Made by a program: the position numbers and the translations under genes. The notes below the pieces were generated by a model. The model was given only the letters and a program-made list of their open reading frames with translations, searched no databases and was not told where the DNA came from. Below are positions 25,657-34,616 of a DNA stretch of 42,764 nucleotides, piece after piece; position 1 is the stretch's first letter; each line of letters begins with the position of its first letter. Location of the stretch: the IMG/VR virus record IMGVR_UViG_3300045988_053243. One strand, 5' to 3'. This stretch comes from a virus.

Positions 25657-26140
25657 CTTTGTCTACCTCCATTTCCGTAATCAACCGATTCAAATACCAC
25701 CGGCACTTCTTCAAATCCTCCACACCGTTCTTGTTCCGGTGCCTCCACAGGTACTTAAACGCATTGCACAGGCAAAAGTACTTTACCGCCTCGTCTCCAA
25801 ACGCCGCCTGCATTGCGTCGATGCACTCAATGCCTCCAGACGTGTAGTGCGCCGGACGGTTTACCGGGTCAGGCTTTGCGTCCTTGCTGTACTTCTCGAA
25901 TACCTCGCGGATGTAGGGAGTGCCGTCCTCAATCACCTCATAGCCCATGAGTTTTGCGTACAGCCGTATGCGCCCCATATCTGCGTTCTCATACGCCCAT
26001 ATCATACTCTGACGCTTATCGTCCGGGAATTTAAATTCCGTCTTTTCGCCATTCCCAAATATCTTGCGATCTCCGAGGAAAAATACGTTCACAGCGTCCA
26101 CGAAACTTTTGTACACTATCCCGTCTTTCTTAAACTTCAT
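25646..26140 (-). CDS. DUF3310-like protein
   Basis: ATG 26140 follows ggagga. The C-terminal motifs are VNRPAHYTSGGIECIDAM...NAFKYLWRHRNKNGVEDLKKCRWYL. Confidence 0.65.
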   Translation of the reverse strand: MKFKKDGIVYKSFVDAVNVFFLGDRKIFGNGEKTEFKFPDDKRQSMIWAYENADMGRIRLYAKLMGYEVIEDGTPYIREVFEKYSKDAKPDPVNRPAHYTSGGIECIDAMQAAFGDEAVKYFCLCNAFKYLWRHRNKNGVEDLKKCRWYLNRLITEMEVDKDDG

Positions 26141-26348
26141 CGTTGTTTTTCCTCCTGTTCCATGCTTTGACAGCTTCTTCTTTCGTTGCGAAACAAAATT
26201 CATTCATATTCATAAAACATTCATCATTTAAGCAATATGGAATATATGCCTCTCTGTAAGGAGGGCGACTGTTGATATGATAAGCAATAGCGCTTTCACT
26301 TCCGCAGAACGGACAGGATTTAAGCTCAATCACTCTCTGCGCCTCCAT
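26130..26348 (-). CDS. Lar-family restriction alleviation-like protein
   Basis: 72 aa with CPFCGSE near the N terminus and EEAVKAWNRR near the C terminus. Confidence 0.6.
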   Translation of the reverse strand: MEAQRVIELKSCPFCGSESAIAYHINSRPPYREAYIPYCLNDECFMNMNEFCFATKEEAVKAWNRRKNNDEV

Positions 26349-26482
26349 TCATCTTTTTGCGGAGAACAAAACATCCTGTCAATCAAGGCTACGTTTCCGT
26401 TGTCACTCGTAGGGTATTTCTTCGATTGGCAAGTTTTACTCACTTTGTTGTAATAAATGCAGTCTTTGCACGGATTCCGCAT
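26330..26482 (-). CDS. Hypothetical Cys-rich small protein (50 aa)
   Basis: Hand-translated as MRNPCKDCIYYNKVSKTCQSKKYPTSDNGNVALIDRMFCSPQKDEWRRRE. Its start overlaps the upstream stop in a TAATG arrangement. Confidence 0.45.
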   Translation of the reverse strand: MRNPCKDCIYYNKVSKTCQSKKYPTSDNGNVALIDRMFCSPQKDEWRRRE

Positions 26483-26745
26483 TATTCTGCACCTCCGTCC
26501 ATCACCGCACCGCAGTGTGGGCAGTAGTTATGCATATTTGCCGCGACCGCACCGTAGGTTATTTTGTATCCTTTGCCACAATTAGTGCAGTACCATACAT
26601 TGCGTCGCCTTTCCCACCGCCCATGCACCACTGGCGCAACATCGGCGACAGGCACGCTCGCAAGAGCCTGTTTTACTTTATCCCAATCAAAGCCTTGCTC
26701 CGCAAGAGCTAAGTTCGCCGCTTCACGGTCAATGTATTCGCTCAT
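26482..26745 (-). CDS. Zinc-ribbon protein
   Basis: 87 aa with the pairs CTNCG and CPHCG. Confidence 0.6.
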   Translation of the reverse strand: MSEYIDREAANLALAEQGFDWDKVKQALASVPVADVAPVVHGRWERRRNVWYCTNCGKGYKITYGAVAANMHNYCPHCGAVMDGGAE

Positions 26746-26789
26746 CCCTCATCGCCCTTTCTATAAGTTCCAGCAAGCAATATAGTTTC

Positions 26790-27023
26790 TCAGTCATACT
26801 GTTCACCTTCCCGCAAGCGGCAGCATTGACGCAACTTGCACTTGTGAACTTCCATTAGGTTATTCGTCAGAACGCCGTGATAGTAGGTGCAGTATGCTAC
26901 TGGGTGACGGGTGGAATTTCCGTCAATCGCAAAATAAGAGTTCTGTGTTTTTGGCACACCTTGTTTTCCCTTTCGCCTACGTCTTTGACTTAGGCGGCGC
27001 TTCCGCCTAATCTTCGAGTTCAT
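26790..27023 (-). CDS. Hypothetical basic Cys-containing protein
   Basis: 77-aa ORF with an R/K-rich N terminus. Confidence 0.5.
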   Translation of the reverse strand: MNSKIRRKRRLSQRRRRKGKQGVPKTQNSYFAIDGNSTRHPVAYCTYYHGVLTNNLMEVHKCKLRQCCRLREGEQYD

Positions 27024-27615
27024 CCCTCATCGCCCTTTCCGCGAGCTCCCGAATCAGCTCCATTGTGCTGTACTTGCTTAAGCCGTCGTCCTTCGGCGTA
27101 TCAATCAGCTCTTCCGACACGACCAAAGCCGGACGCACCGCATACGCGGTCGAGCAGTCACCGCTGCACCAAGCGCCATTGGAGTACACGAGCAGCGCAG
27201 CGTCCACGCCGTAGCGCCCCGTTGTGTCATCTCCGGTTGCCAGCCAATAGCTTTTCTCGCAATCTGGAATATAGCGTGAATACTTGCGCCACTCATCAAA
27301 TGTCAACGGTGCTGCTAAGCGATAAACAACCCCATAATTCGCGCGCCCGTCCATGGTCAATAGACTGATTTCTCTCTGGAAAATCAGCTCCTTGTTCAAA
27401 CCAGATACAAATTCGCTATACCACCGCCCTACCTCGTCAAGCAGCTTACTTTCGGTATAGTCGTTGCTGTCCGTGCTGAATGGCGTGCTTCCAAACGGCT
27501 CTTTTAACAGCACAAACAGTTTGTCTTTGCCGTTCGCCGCGCCTTTCTCTACGTCCAGCACCGCAAATTCCGTTCCTTTAATGGTGATAATATCGCCCGG
27601 CTTATAGCTACCCAT
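27007..27615 (-). CDS. Hypothetical protein (DUF6273-like pattern)
   Basis: 202 aa carrying SYWLATG and AVRPALVV motifs. Confidence 0.55.
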   Translation of the reverse strand: MGSYKPGDIITIKGTEFAVLDVEKGAANGKDKLFVLLKEPFGSTPFSTDSNDYTESKLLDEVGRWYSEFVSGLNKELIFQREISLLTMDGRANYGVVYRLAAPLTFDEWRKYSRYIPDCEKSYWLATGDDTTGRYGVDAALLVYSNGAWCSGDCSTAYAVRPALVVSEELIDTPKDDGLSKYSTMELIRELAERAMRDELED

Positions 27616-28149
27616 TTACATCTCCTCCAATTCTTTCTGTTCCCATTCCTCCACATAGCACCAACTCTGGGGCGGGCGCTTGATGTCATATGGCGCTGCG
27701 CCGAATCTCGTATTGCGTAATCCGGTAAACTCGCTCAGCTCCTGCGGCTGGTCATAGATCAGCAGGTCGGAAATGTGCCAGCCGTAGCCGGTTCCCTTTA
27801 GGTAGTTCACAATTTCTTCCCGTGTCAGGCAGGCTTGCTTTTCTACGTCATCCGGTGCATGGTTGAGGGGCGCAAGCTCATAAATCCGGTCACAGGTGAA
27901 CTCCCCGATGACCTTACCATTCCCAAGCGGGCAGTTCAGCGACTGCATGGAACCCGTTTCTAAGTAGTCCTGCATCAGGCGTTCCGGCGAAATAGGAATG
28001 TTCAGGTCAGGTCTACCGCTGGTGCAGTAGATGTACACCTTGAACGGCGTTTCCAGTTTCGGCTTGGTCTTTCTGACTTCAATTGTCTTTTCGCCATCAA
28101 TAATCTTCTTACACCATTTCGGGCGAATGCTTAACATCACAGATTTCAT
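27616..28149 (-). CDS. ASCH domain protein
   Basis: ATG 28149 follows aggagg. MKSVMLSIRPKWCKKIIDGEKTIEVRK is the ASCH N-terminal pattern. Confidence 0.7.
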   Translation of the reverse strand: MKSVMLSIRPKWCKKIIDGEKTIEVRKTKPKLETPFKVYIYCTSGRPDLNIPISPERLMQDYLETGSMQSLNCPLGNGKVIGEFTCDRIYELAPLNHAPDDVEKQACLTREEIVNYLKGTGYGWHISDLLIYDQPQELSEFTGLRNTRFGAAPYDIKRPPQSWCYVEEWEQKELEEM

Positions 28150-28248
28150 TCCGTTCCTCCTATTCCTCGCACGTCTCATCTTTCAACCGGAAATCTGCCC
28201 GGTGTTCGCTGTCGCCGTTGCAGCGTTCAAAACTGCTTCCTCAACCAT

Positions 28249-29178
28249 TCACACCACCTCACCGAACGTCATTTGATCCTCGTCCTTCGGCTTGCACACT
28301 TCCTCGCAGTTGCGTGCCATCTGCGCGAAATAGCTCGGCTTCAGTTCAGCCGCTACCGCCCTGCGCCCCTGCTCGAGTGCGATGTACGGTTCACTGCCGA
28401 TCCCGCCGAACGGAGAAAACACAACGTCACCGGGGTTTGTCCAAAGCTGCACCGCGCGTCTGATAACTTCCAGCTGCAACGGGCAGATATGCTTTTCGTC
28501 CTTGTCCTCGCGTGCCAGTCGCGCGTTAAGTACGTCGGTTCTGCGAATATCAAACCACACCGGGCTTGCGTATCTCTGCCACATCGGAAGTCCGAGCACC
28601 TGCCGCGTGTTGCCGCCGTCCTTTTCCGCGTCCTCGGCGGTCTTGTAATGGCGTATCGGCTCAGGGTTCTTGCCGTCGTCCTTCCACTTGCGGAACAACA
28701 CGAGGTACTCCGGCATTCCGATACCCGTCAAACTTGCGTCCCTCTGAAGCTGGCAGTAAAGCAGTCTCTGCGTCTTGGTTTTCTGCATCTCCAGTACCGG
28801 GTCTGTCCAGATTACTACTTCGCTGTGGTACTGAAATCCCGCCTTTTCAAAGTGCCGAATGATGTCGCCTCGGAAATCATACCATCCGCTTGCGCCGTGG
28901 CTGGCCTTGTACCGTGCAAGCTGCTTGCAGTGTACCGCGCAAATGCGGCCGTTCATCAGTACCCGGTACAACTCCGGGATAAGATAGTCGAACTGCTCGA
29001 AGAACTCGTCCTCGTTCTTGCAGTTGCCCATATCCCGCAGATCGTCCGAATAGATGTACAGGTTTGCAAACGGCGGGCTGAAAATTTCAAAGTGAACGCT
29101 CTCGTCCGGCATCTGCCGTGCCACCTCTACACAGTCTCCGTTGTAAAGCGCGTAGCGCTCATTCATTACTTCCTGCAT
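28249..29178 (-). CDS. DNA methyltransferase (N4-cytosine/N6-adenine family, beta class)
   Basis: Motif IV (FSPPF) is near the N terminus and motif I (VFSPFGGIGSE) near the C terminus. Confidence 0.85.
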   Translation of the reverse strand: MQEVMNERYALYNGDCVEVARQMPDESVHFEIFSPPFANLYIYSDDLRDMGNCKNEDEFFEQFDYLIPELYRVLMNGRICAVHCKQLARYKASHGASGWYDFRGDIIRHFEKAGFQYHSEVVIWTDPVLEMQKTKTQRLLYCQLQRDASLTGIGMPEYLVLFRKWKDDGKNPEPIRHYKTAEDAEKDGGNTRQVLGLPMWQRYASPVWFDIRRTDVLNARLAREDKDEKHICPLQLEVIRRAVQLWTNPGDVVFSPFGGIGSEPYIALEQGRRAVAAELKPSYFAQMARNCEEVCKPKDEDQMTFGEVV

Positions 29179-30560
29179 TACACTGCCTCCTTAATCCATG
29201 CCGGGAACTTGAACTCGTCTTTTTTCAGATTGAGCACAAACTCCCGTCCTCGCACTGCTTCCGTCTGAAAGTCCTGCATGGCCTGCGCCATGCTTACGGT
29301 CATCTCCTGTTTCTGCTGTGCCTTGCGCTCAATCGCATCGAGGATCTCTTTCTCTCCCTCTCCGATCACGCGCCATACGTTTACTTCTTTATCCTGCCCG
29401 AAGCGGTAAAACCGCCTTACTGCCTGATAGTAACTCTCATAGCTGTAATCCAGTCCGCAGAACACTGCGTTTCGGCAATTCTGAAAATTCAAACCGAATC
29501 CGAAGATAGAAGGCTTGGAGATCAAAACGCGGAATTTCCCGTCGATGAAGTCCACCGCCGCACGTTCCTTTGCATCCGCCTTGTCGCTTCCTCGTATCTC
29601 CACCGCTTCCGGAATCGCCTTTTTGAGCTCGTCCGCTTCCTCGTTCTGAAAACACCAGATCACGAACTGTTCGTCTGAACCGCCGACGATCTCGGCGCAC
29701 CGCTGCACGCGCTCTGCAAGGCTCTTTTTCTTTGCCGCGTGAAAGCCCTTCACGGACAGATCCAGCTTTTCCGCCAGTCCCAGCAGCGTGTTCTTCTCCG
29801 TCTGCACAACCTCGTTTTTCTCGTGCAGCTCCGGCAGCGTGTATCCGTCTGCGCGGAATCCAATATCCTTCGGACTGGAAATGCAAACCGCCCAGCTTGC
29901 CACCCATCGCCAAAAATCCTGTTCAGCGTGGCCTTTCAGCCGATAGTGTCCGCTGTTTCTCTGGTCTGCCACAAACCAGCAGGAAAGCGCCTCGCTTGAA
30001 CGCATGATGCCGAGAAATTCCGCGTGGTTCAGCAGCTCCATCAGGTCGTTAGGTGCAGGCGTAGCCGTGCAGGCCAGTTTGAACGGCGTATCGCGGAACG
30101 CACCTATAATCTGCCGTTTGGTTTTTCCCATGTAGCTTTTCAGAATCGAGCTTTCGTCTAACACCACAGCGCCGAACTTCGACGTGTCGAACTTGTCCAG
30201 TTTTTCATAGTTGGTGATATTCACGCCCGGCGCAATATCCGCATCCATCTCCGCCAAAGTCACCGGCACGCCGAACTTCTCGCCCTCGCGCACGGTCTGC
30301 CGCGACACCGCCAGCGGCGCCAGAATCAACGTCGGCCTGCCGGTCTTTTGCGCGGTCTCCTGTGCCCATGCAAGCTGCTGTGCCGTCTTGCCAAGCCCGC
30401 AATCCTCGAATAGTGCCGCGCTCCCGGTCTTGCACGCCCAGTCCGTCACATATCTCTGCCACTCAAACAGATTTTCGTGCTTCTCCTGCATGTCAAATCC
30501 GCTTTTCGGTCTGCTTTTCAGCTTGCCCTTCAAAAAGTCCTCATACTTCATCCGTTTCAT
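29178..30560 (-). CDS. SNF2-family helicase
   Basis: A Walker A segment (DCGLGKT), a DExx box (VLDESS) and a C-terminal helicase region are present. The start is ATG 30560 or 30551, overlapping the RusA end. Confidence 0.85.
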   Translation of the reverse strand: MKRMKYEDFLKGKLKSRPKSGFDMQEKHENLFEWQRYVTDWACKTGSAALFEDCGLGKTAQQLAWAQETAQKTGRPTLILAPLAVSRQTVREGEKFGVPVTLAEMDADIAPGVNITNYEKLDKFDTSKFGAVVLDESSILKSYMGKTKRQIIGAFRDTPFKLACTATPAPNDLMELLNHAEFLGIMRSSEALSCWFVADQRNSGHYRLKGHAEQDFWRWVASWAVCISSPKDIGFRADGYTLPELHEKNEVVQTEKNTLLGLAEKLDLSVKGFHAAKKKSLAERVQRCAEIVGGSDEQFVIWCFQNEEADELKKAIPEAVEIRGSDKADAKERAAVDFIDGKFRVLISKPSIFGFGLNFQNCRNAVFCGLDYSYESYYQAVRRFYRFGQDKEVNVWRVIGEGEKEILDAIERKAQQKQEMTVSMAQAMQDFQTEAVRGREFVLNLKKDEFKFPAWIKEAV

Positions 30561-30927
30561 CCGCTCCCAAAATTTCAACCACAATCCTCGGATTCTTCGC
30601 ATCCACCTCAAAGTAATCTTCAAACCCTCGGATATTCTTCCAACCGTCGTTACTCAGATACCGCGCTTTCACCAGCGCGTCCTGAATAACCTTCCTGCCG
30701 AACGCGCAGATATTGTCCTTGTCCCGTCGCCGGTCCTTCTCATACCAGTGATAGACCATGTACACCGGCTCCTGAATTTCCGCGCCGCCCATCTGCCGCG
30801 CTGCATTCATCACAACGGCCTCGCACTGCTTTTTCAGCTTTGCGCCACACTGCCGGTTCCGCCTTTCCGCCTCGATCAACTCGTTCAGCCCGGGCAGCGT
30901 GCCCTTGATCGTAAACTTATAATTCAC
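30541..30927 (-). CDS. rusA: RusA-family Holliday junction resolvase
   Basis: 128 aa with the patterns LPGLNELI...RRRDKDN...K.IQDAL. Confidence 0.7.
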   Translation of the reverse strand: MNYKFTIKGTLPGLNELIEAERRNRQCGAKLKKQCEAVVMNAARQMGGAEIQEPVYMVYHWYEKDRRRDKDNICAFGRKVIQDALVKARYLSNDGWKNIRGFEDYFEVDAKNPRIVVEILGADETDEV

Positions 30928-31645
30928 CCGCTCGCCTCATTTTCCGCCTGATTTCTTCCTTCTGTGCTCGCCATGCAATCTCCCAGTCCGGCGTTTCCTC
31001 CGGCTCTACCTTTGCTTCCGTCTGCTTTGGCGCGTCCTTCACCCTGTCCCAGATAATGCCCTTCCAGTTGTTCGCCATGCTCAGCCGGATAACCTCGGCT
31101 ACTGCCGCCGCTCCGTGGCGCTTTACTCGGTTTTCTATCTCGGTCAGCAGAGACTTCAAGCCGACCGCCTTGTACGCCTCGCGCCGCTCCTGCTTGTAGG
31201 TGATCCAGTCGCGCACCGCAGAAAGCACAGGCTCAGAAAACCGCTCTGCAAGGTCAGGCTCTTTCGGTCTCTGCGTCTTTTTCGGCATCTCCGGTTTCGG
31301 CGGCTGCTTTGCAGGCGCTTCCTCCCGCTCGCCGCTCTGGAACTCGTCGTACCGGCATACCGTGATTACCGTATAATGCCGGTTGCTTTCCACCGTGATT
31401 TCTCCGGTTTTCTTGAGCTTTCCGAGTGCCGTGCGCACTTGCTTTACCGTTAGCCCGCTCTCGTCTGCAATCCCCTGCAAGCTCGTCACAAACGCGCCTC
31501 GGGGAATCTCGTTCCCCATGAACTGGCTTTCCTTGTAGTTTGCCCTCAGCAGGATATGCAGCCACAGCTTGCATGTGGGTACATCCTTGTACCACCCCCA
31601 TTCTGTGAGCTGTCGGTAAATCTGTATATGCCCGTTCGTCAGCAT
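30917..31645 (-). CDS. Replisome organizer / replication initiator-like protein (N-terminal wHTH)
   Basis: 242 aa. The N-terminal segment is YRQLTEWGWYKD...SLQGIADESGLTVKQVRTALGKLKKTGEI. The C-terminal domain is typical of phage replisome organizers. Confidence 0.65.
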   Translation of the reverse strand: MLTNGHIQIYRQLTEWGWYKDVPTCKLWLHILLRANYKESQFMGNEIPRGAFVTSLQGIADESGLTVKQVRTALGKLKKTGEITVESNRHYTVITVCRYDEFQSGEREEAPAKQPPKPEMPKKTQRPKEPDLAERFSEPVLSAVRDWITYKQERREAYKAVGLKSLLTEIENRVKRHGAAAVAEVIRLSMANNWKGIIWDRVKDAPKQTEAKVEPEETPDWEIAWRAQKEEIRRKMRRAGEL

Positions 31646-31658
31646 CCCCTATCACCTC

Positions 31659-32054
31659 TCAAAACGGGCAGTCGTTCGGGTCGCTCTCGTCCGACATGAT
31701 GAAGTCGCTTTCCTCTTCCTTCGGCTTGCCCTCGCTCTTGCCGCCGCAGAAGTCAATGCTTTCGCACTGCACCTCCCACGAGCGGCGCTTATTGCCGTTC
31801 TTGTCCTCCCAGTCGCGGCTTTCGAGCCTGCCGGAAACGATGCACATGTCGCCCTTGTGGAACCACGTATGCGCGTGCTCTGCCAGCTTGCTCCAGATGC
31901 AGATGTCAATGAAATCCGACGGGTACTTTCCGCCCGCGTCCTTGCGGCTTCTCTGCACCGCCAGCGTGCCTCCCGTAACCGCCGTGTTGCTCTGTGTGTA
32001 TCTCAGCTCCAAATCCTTGGTGAGCCGTCCCTGTAAGATGATCTTATTCAGCAT
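31659..32054 (-). CDS. ssb: Single-stranded DNA-binding protein
   Basis: The OB-fold N terminus reads MLNKIILQGRLTKDLELRYT, and the C-terminal tail is acidic and ends in DCPF. Confidence 0.85.
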   Translation of the reverse strand: MLNKIILQGRLTKDLELRYTQSNTAVTGGTLAVQRSRKDAGGKYPSDFIDICIWSKLAEHAHTWFHKGDMCIVSGRLESRDWEDKNGNKRRSWEVQCESIDFCGGKSEGKPKEEESDFIMSDESDPNDCPF

Positions 32055-32355
32055 TTCCTGTCTCCTTTGTGTATTTCTGGTTTTCCTCGCTCCACATGGG
32101 ATAGAGGCTTTGCAGGTATTCGCGCATTTCTTCCTTGATTTCCTTGCCGTCGCCCTGGTCCATCTCTCGGTGACACTCCGGGCACAGCATCACAAGGTTT
32201 GTCGGAATCCCCATGCCGCCGCGTGCCCGGCTGACAAAATGGCACGCCTGCAGCACGCCGCCCTTTCCGCAGTGGCGGCAAATACCGCCGTCCCGGTCAA
32301 AGCATTCCTTCCATACCGCCGGACTAATGCCGGTAAACTTGGTCTGCCGTCTCAT
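32044..32355 (-). CDS. HNH endonuclease
   Basis: The sequence CRHCG...ACHFVSRARGG...NLVMLCPECH matches the HNH pattern. Confidence 0.8.
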   Translation of the reverse strand: MRRQTKFTGISPAVWKECFDRDGGICRHCGKGGVLQACHFVSRARGGMGIPTNLVMLCPECHREMDQGDGKEIKEEMREYLQSLYPMWSEENQKYTKETGNAE

Positions 32356-32555
32356 TCTTCCGCATCCTTTTCCATCGCTCTTTTCAGTCGCTTTTTTGCC
32401 AGTTTGCGATTTGCTTTTTTCATCTTCGCCCAGCCTCTGTGGTTATATGCCCAGCAGGCGTATTTGTGCGAAAATTCATCGGCATTTCTTACAAACCCCT
32501 TGTAGTTGCCCCACCTCATACCCCGCGCTCCTCCGGCTTCCATTTGCTCAGCCAT
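32352..32555 (-). CDS. Hypothetical small basic protein
   Basis: 67-aa ORF overlapping both neighbours. Confidence 0.45.
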   Translation of the reverse strand: MAEQMEAGGARGMRWGNYKGFVRNADEFSHKYACWAYNHRGWAKMKKANRKLAKKRLKRAMEKDAEE

Positions 32556-33052
32556 CCGATCACCGTGCTTTCCGGCTCGGTCTCAATGCCCTGCTCCTTG
32601 CAGTCCTGTACTACCATGTCGATCAGCCGCCCCATTTGCAGCGTGTTGTAAGTGCTTGACCCGTAGTAGCACATCAGCAAACCGCCGTTGCAATCCTGAG
32701 TTACCCATCCGAGGCCCTGCTTTTCCCACAGGTTCGCGATCAAATCGCGCTGCTGCTCGTTGGCGTAGGGGACAAGTCTGTAATTGTCCCCTACTTCGGG
32801 AATGTACGAGCGGTACACCTCGTCGCGCTTCATGCCGAGCACCGCCGCCAGCTTTCCGAGCATCTGCCAGAGATAGGCGTTACAACGCCCTGAGCGCTTT
32901 TCATACTTGCGCTTCACCTCCGCGCAGTATAACTTTCCCTCCTTCATCTGCTCGCACTCTACGCGCGCCATAGGCGCGTTCTTGATGTGCAGGCAAAGCC
33001 AGTTGCCGCTCTCGTTGTGCACGACTCGCGCCTTGTCGAACTCATGCGTCAT
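32516..33052 (-). CDS. NinB/Orf-like recombination mediator
   Basis: KRSGRCNAYLWQMLGKLA parallels the RSxxQNxxLW motif of lambda NinB, and GSSTYNTLQMGRLIDMV parallels its GQSTSRM region. Confidence 0.6.
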   Translation of the reverse strand: MTHEFDKARVVHNESGNWLCLHIKNAPMARVECEQMKEGKLYCAEVKRKYEKRSGRCNAYLWQMLGKLAAVLGMKRDEVYRSYIPEVGDNYRLVPYANEQQRDLIANLWEKQGLGWVTQDCNGGLLMCYYGSSTYNTLQMGRLIDMVVQDCKEQGIETEPESTVIGWLSKWKPEERGV

Positions 33053-33777
33053 GCAAGCGCCTCCATCTGTTTAAGCCGGTCTTCGAGATCAAGCAGCGCC
33101 GCATTCATCTTTACAATGTCGCCTGCATCCTGCTTATACTTCTCGTTCCACAGCTGCGCCGCTGCGGTCTTGTCGCCCATGATCTTCACAAGCATCCGCT
33201 TTACCTCGTTCGCCTTAGCCTTCGCCGCCGCGATCTTCGGGTCCTCCTTTGGCTTTGCCTGTCCGCCCATGCGGAAGCGCTCGTTGCCTTTCTTGTCCAC
33301 GATGACCAAACCGCTAATCTTACGGCTGTCGGAATAGCTGATTTCCGACACTTTGAACGTTTGGTTGCAGCGCACGCGCTCGCCCTGACTTGCGTACTCT
33401 CCGTCTGCCAGTGTAATCCAGATAAACGGAGCTGTGTACAGTTCACGTCCGATACCCCAATTCGTACCAGCCCGCTTGAAACTGTCGCTTGCCTGCCCTT
33501 TTTCCTTCTCGGTGTTGCTCTCCGTGCCCACATCCTGCTTGGTAATCCACTGCTTCTTGTTGTCGTCCCATACGGACAGGTTGCAGTACAAGCGGCCGTC
33601 GATGATGGTGTGCTCGCGCTGCCAGTTCGCCGCGCCGTATACCTCGTCAAGGATTGCCATATCGCAGCGTGCGTCCTTGTACAGCAGCAGTGAGCACCCA
33701 ACGCCGTTTCGTGTCTGCTTCACCTGTGCTACGCGGCATTCAATTTCATCTGCCCGTAGCGTTCTGATTACGCTCAT
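33049..33777 (-). CDS. Rad52/Sak-type single-strand annealing protein
   Basis: EKEKGQASDSFKRAGTNWGIGRELY is the Rad52/22 signature region. Confidence 0.8.
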   Translation of the reverse strand: MSVIRTLRADEIECRVAQVKQTRNGVGCSLLLYKDARCDMAILDEVYGAANWQREHTIIDGRLYCNLSVWDDNKKQWITKQDVGTESNTEKEKGQASDSFKRAGTNWGIGRELYTAPFIWITLADGEYASQGERVRCNQTFKVSEISYSDSRKISGLVIVDKKGNERFRMGGQAKPKEDPKIAAAKAKANEVKRMLVKIMGDKTAAAQLWNEKYKQDAGDIVKMNAALLDLEDRLKQMEALA

Positions 33778-33780
33778 TTC

Positions 33781-34268
33781 TTAGTCCTCCTCTATCTCGT
33801 CTTCTGCTTCCCAGACGCGCTCCCGCACGTCCCGTAAAAAGTTCTTGATCTCATCCGGGAACAGCCCCTCGTACTCCTCGAGGAACGCCCCCATGCGGAT
33901 TTCCGCCTCGCGCATGTCGTACAGCCGGTTAATGCGCTCCTGATCGTCTCTCTCCGGCGGCTCGAGCGGCGGCTCAATGTTCAGCATCTGCATATCCTCC
34001 AAATCCTTGATGACCTCGTACAGCGTCGTTTGTCTTATGCCGTGTGCCCATATAGCCTTTCCGTGGCTGAAAACGCGCGTGTACGAGCCCTTTTCTATGC
34101 AGTAATCGTCGCTCACAAGGTCGCGGATTGTGATACTGACAGTGCCATGCGTGTCCGCGCGAAACTCAACCGTCGTCTCCCCCGGCGCGTCTGCACCGAG
34201 GCACAGGTAAAGCAGCTTAATCATGGTTTCCTTGTCCATGAGTTTTCTGCGTCTCTCTCGATCAAGCA
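33781..34268 (-). CDS. Hypothetical acidic protein
   Basis: ATG 34268 overlaps the upstream stop. The ORF-track N-terminal extension is not protein-like. Confidence 0.5.
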
Positions 34269-34525
34269 TCCTGCAACCCCTCCAGAACCTCCATGATTTC
34301 CTGCGTCGTGCAGTGTCTGCCCTCACCGAGCACAAGCCACGTGCCGTCAATATCCATCGTGTAGCCGCGGCATTTGCCGATTTCGATGCTGTTGCCGTTC
34401 CACTCGTGAATGAAAAAGCTCGCCTGTCCGCCGTTGTTGCACATCGGCGTGAACTCAAATGTCACGCCCTTGTGCTTTGCACTCAACACCAGATCAAGCA
34501 GCTTGTGCGCCGTCTCTCTGTCCAT
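34262..34525 (-). CDS. Hypothetical protein
   Basis: ATG 34525 lies 8 nt after ggagga. The ORF track starts at an upstream TTG. Confidence 0.55.
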   Translation of the reverse strand: MDRETAHKLLDLVLSAKHKGVTFEFTPMCNNGGQASFFIHEWNGNSIEIGKCRGYTMDIDGTWLVLGEGRHCTTQEIMEVLEGLQDA

Positions 34526-34616
34526 TGCTTTTTCCTCCAATCCGTGATATACTTGCCTTGAAACATTTTTCTTTGCCGCCGAAACGGGATTGCACTCCCG
34601 CTCGGCGGTTTTTCTT

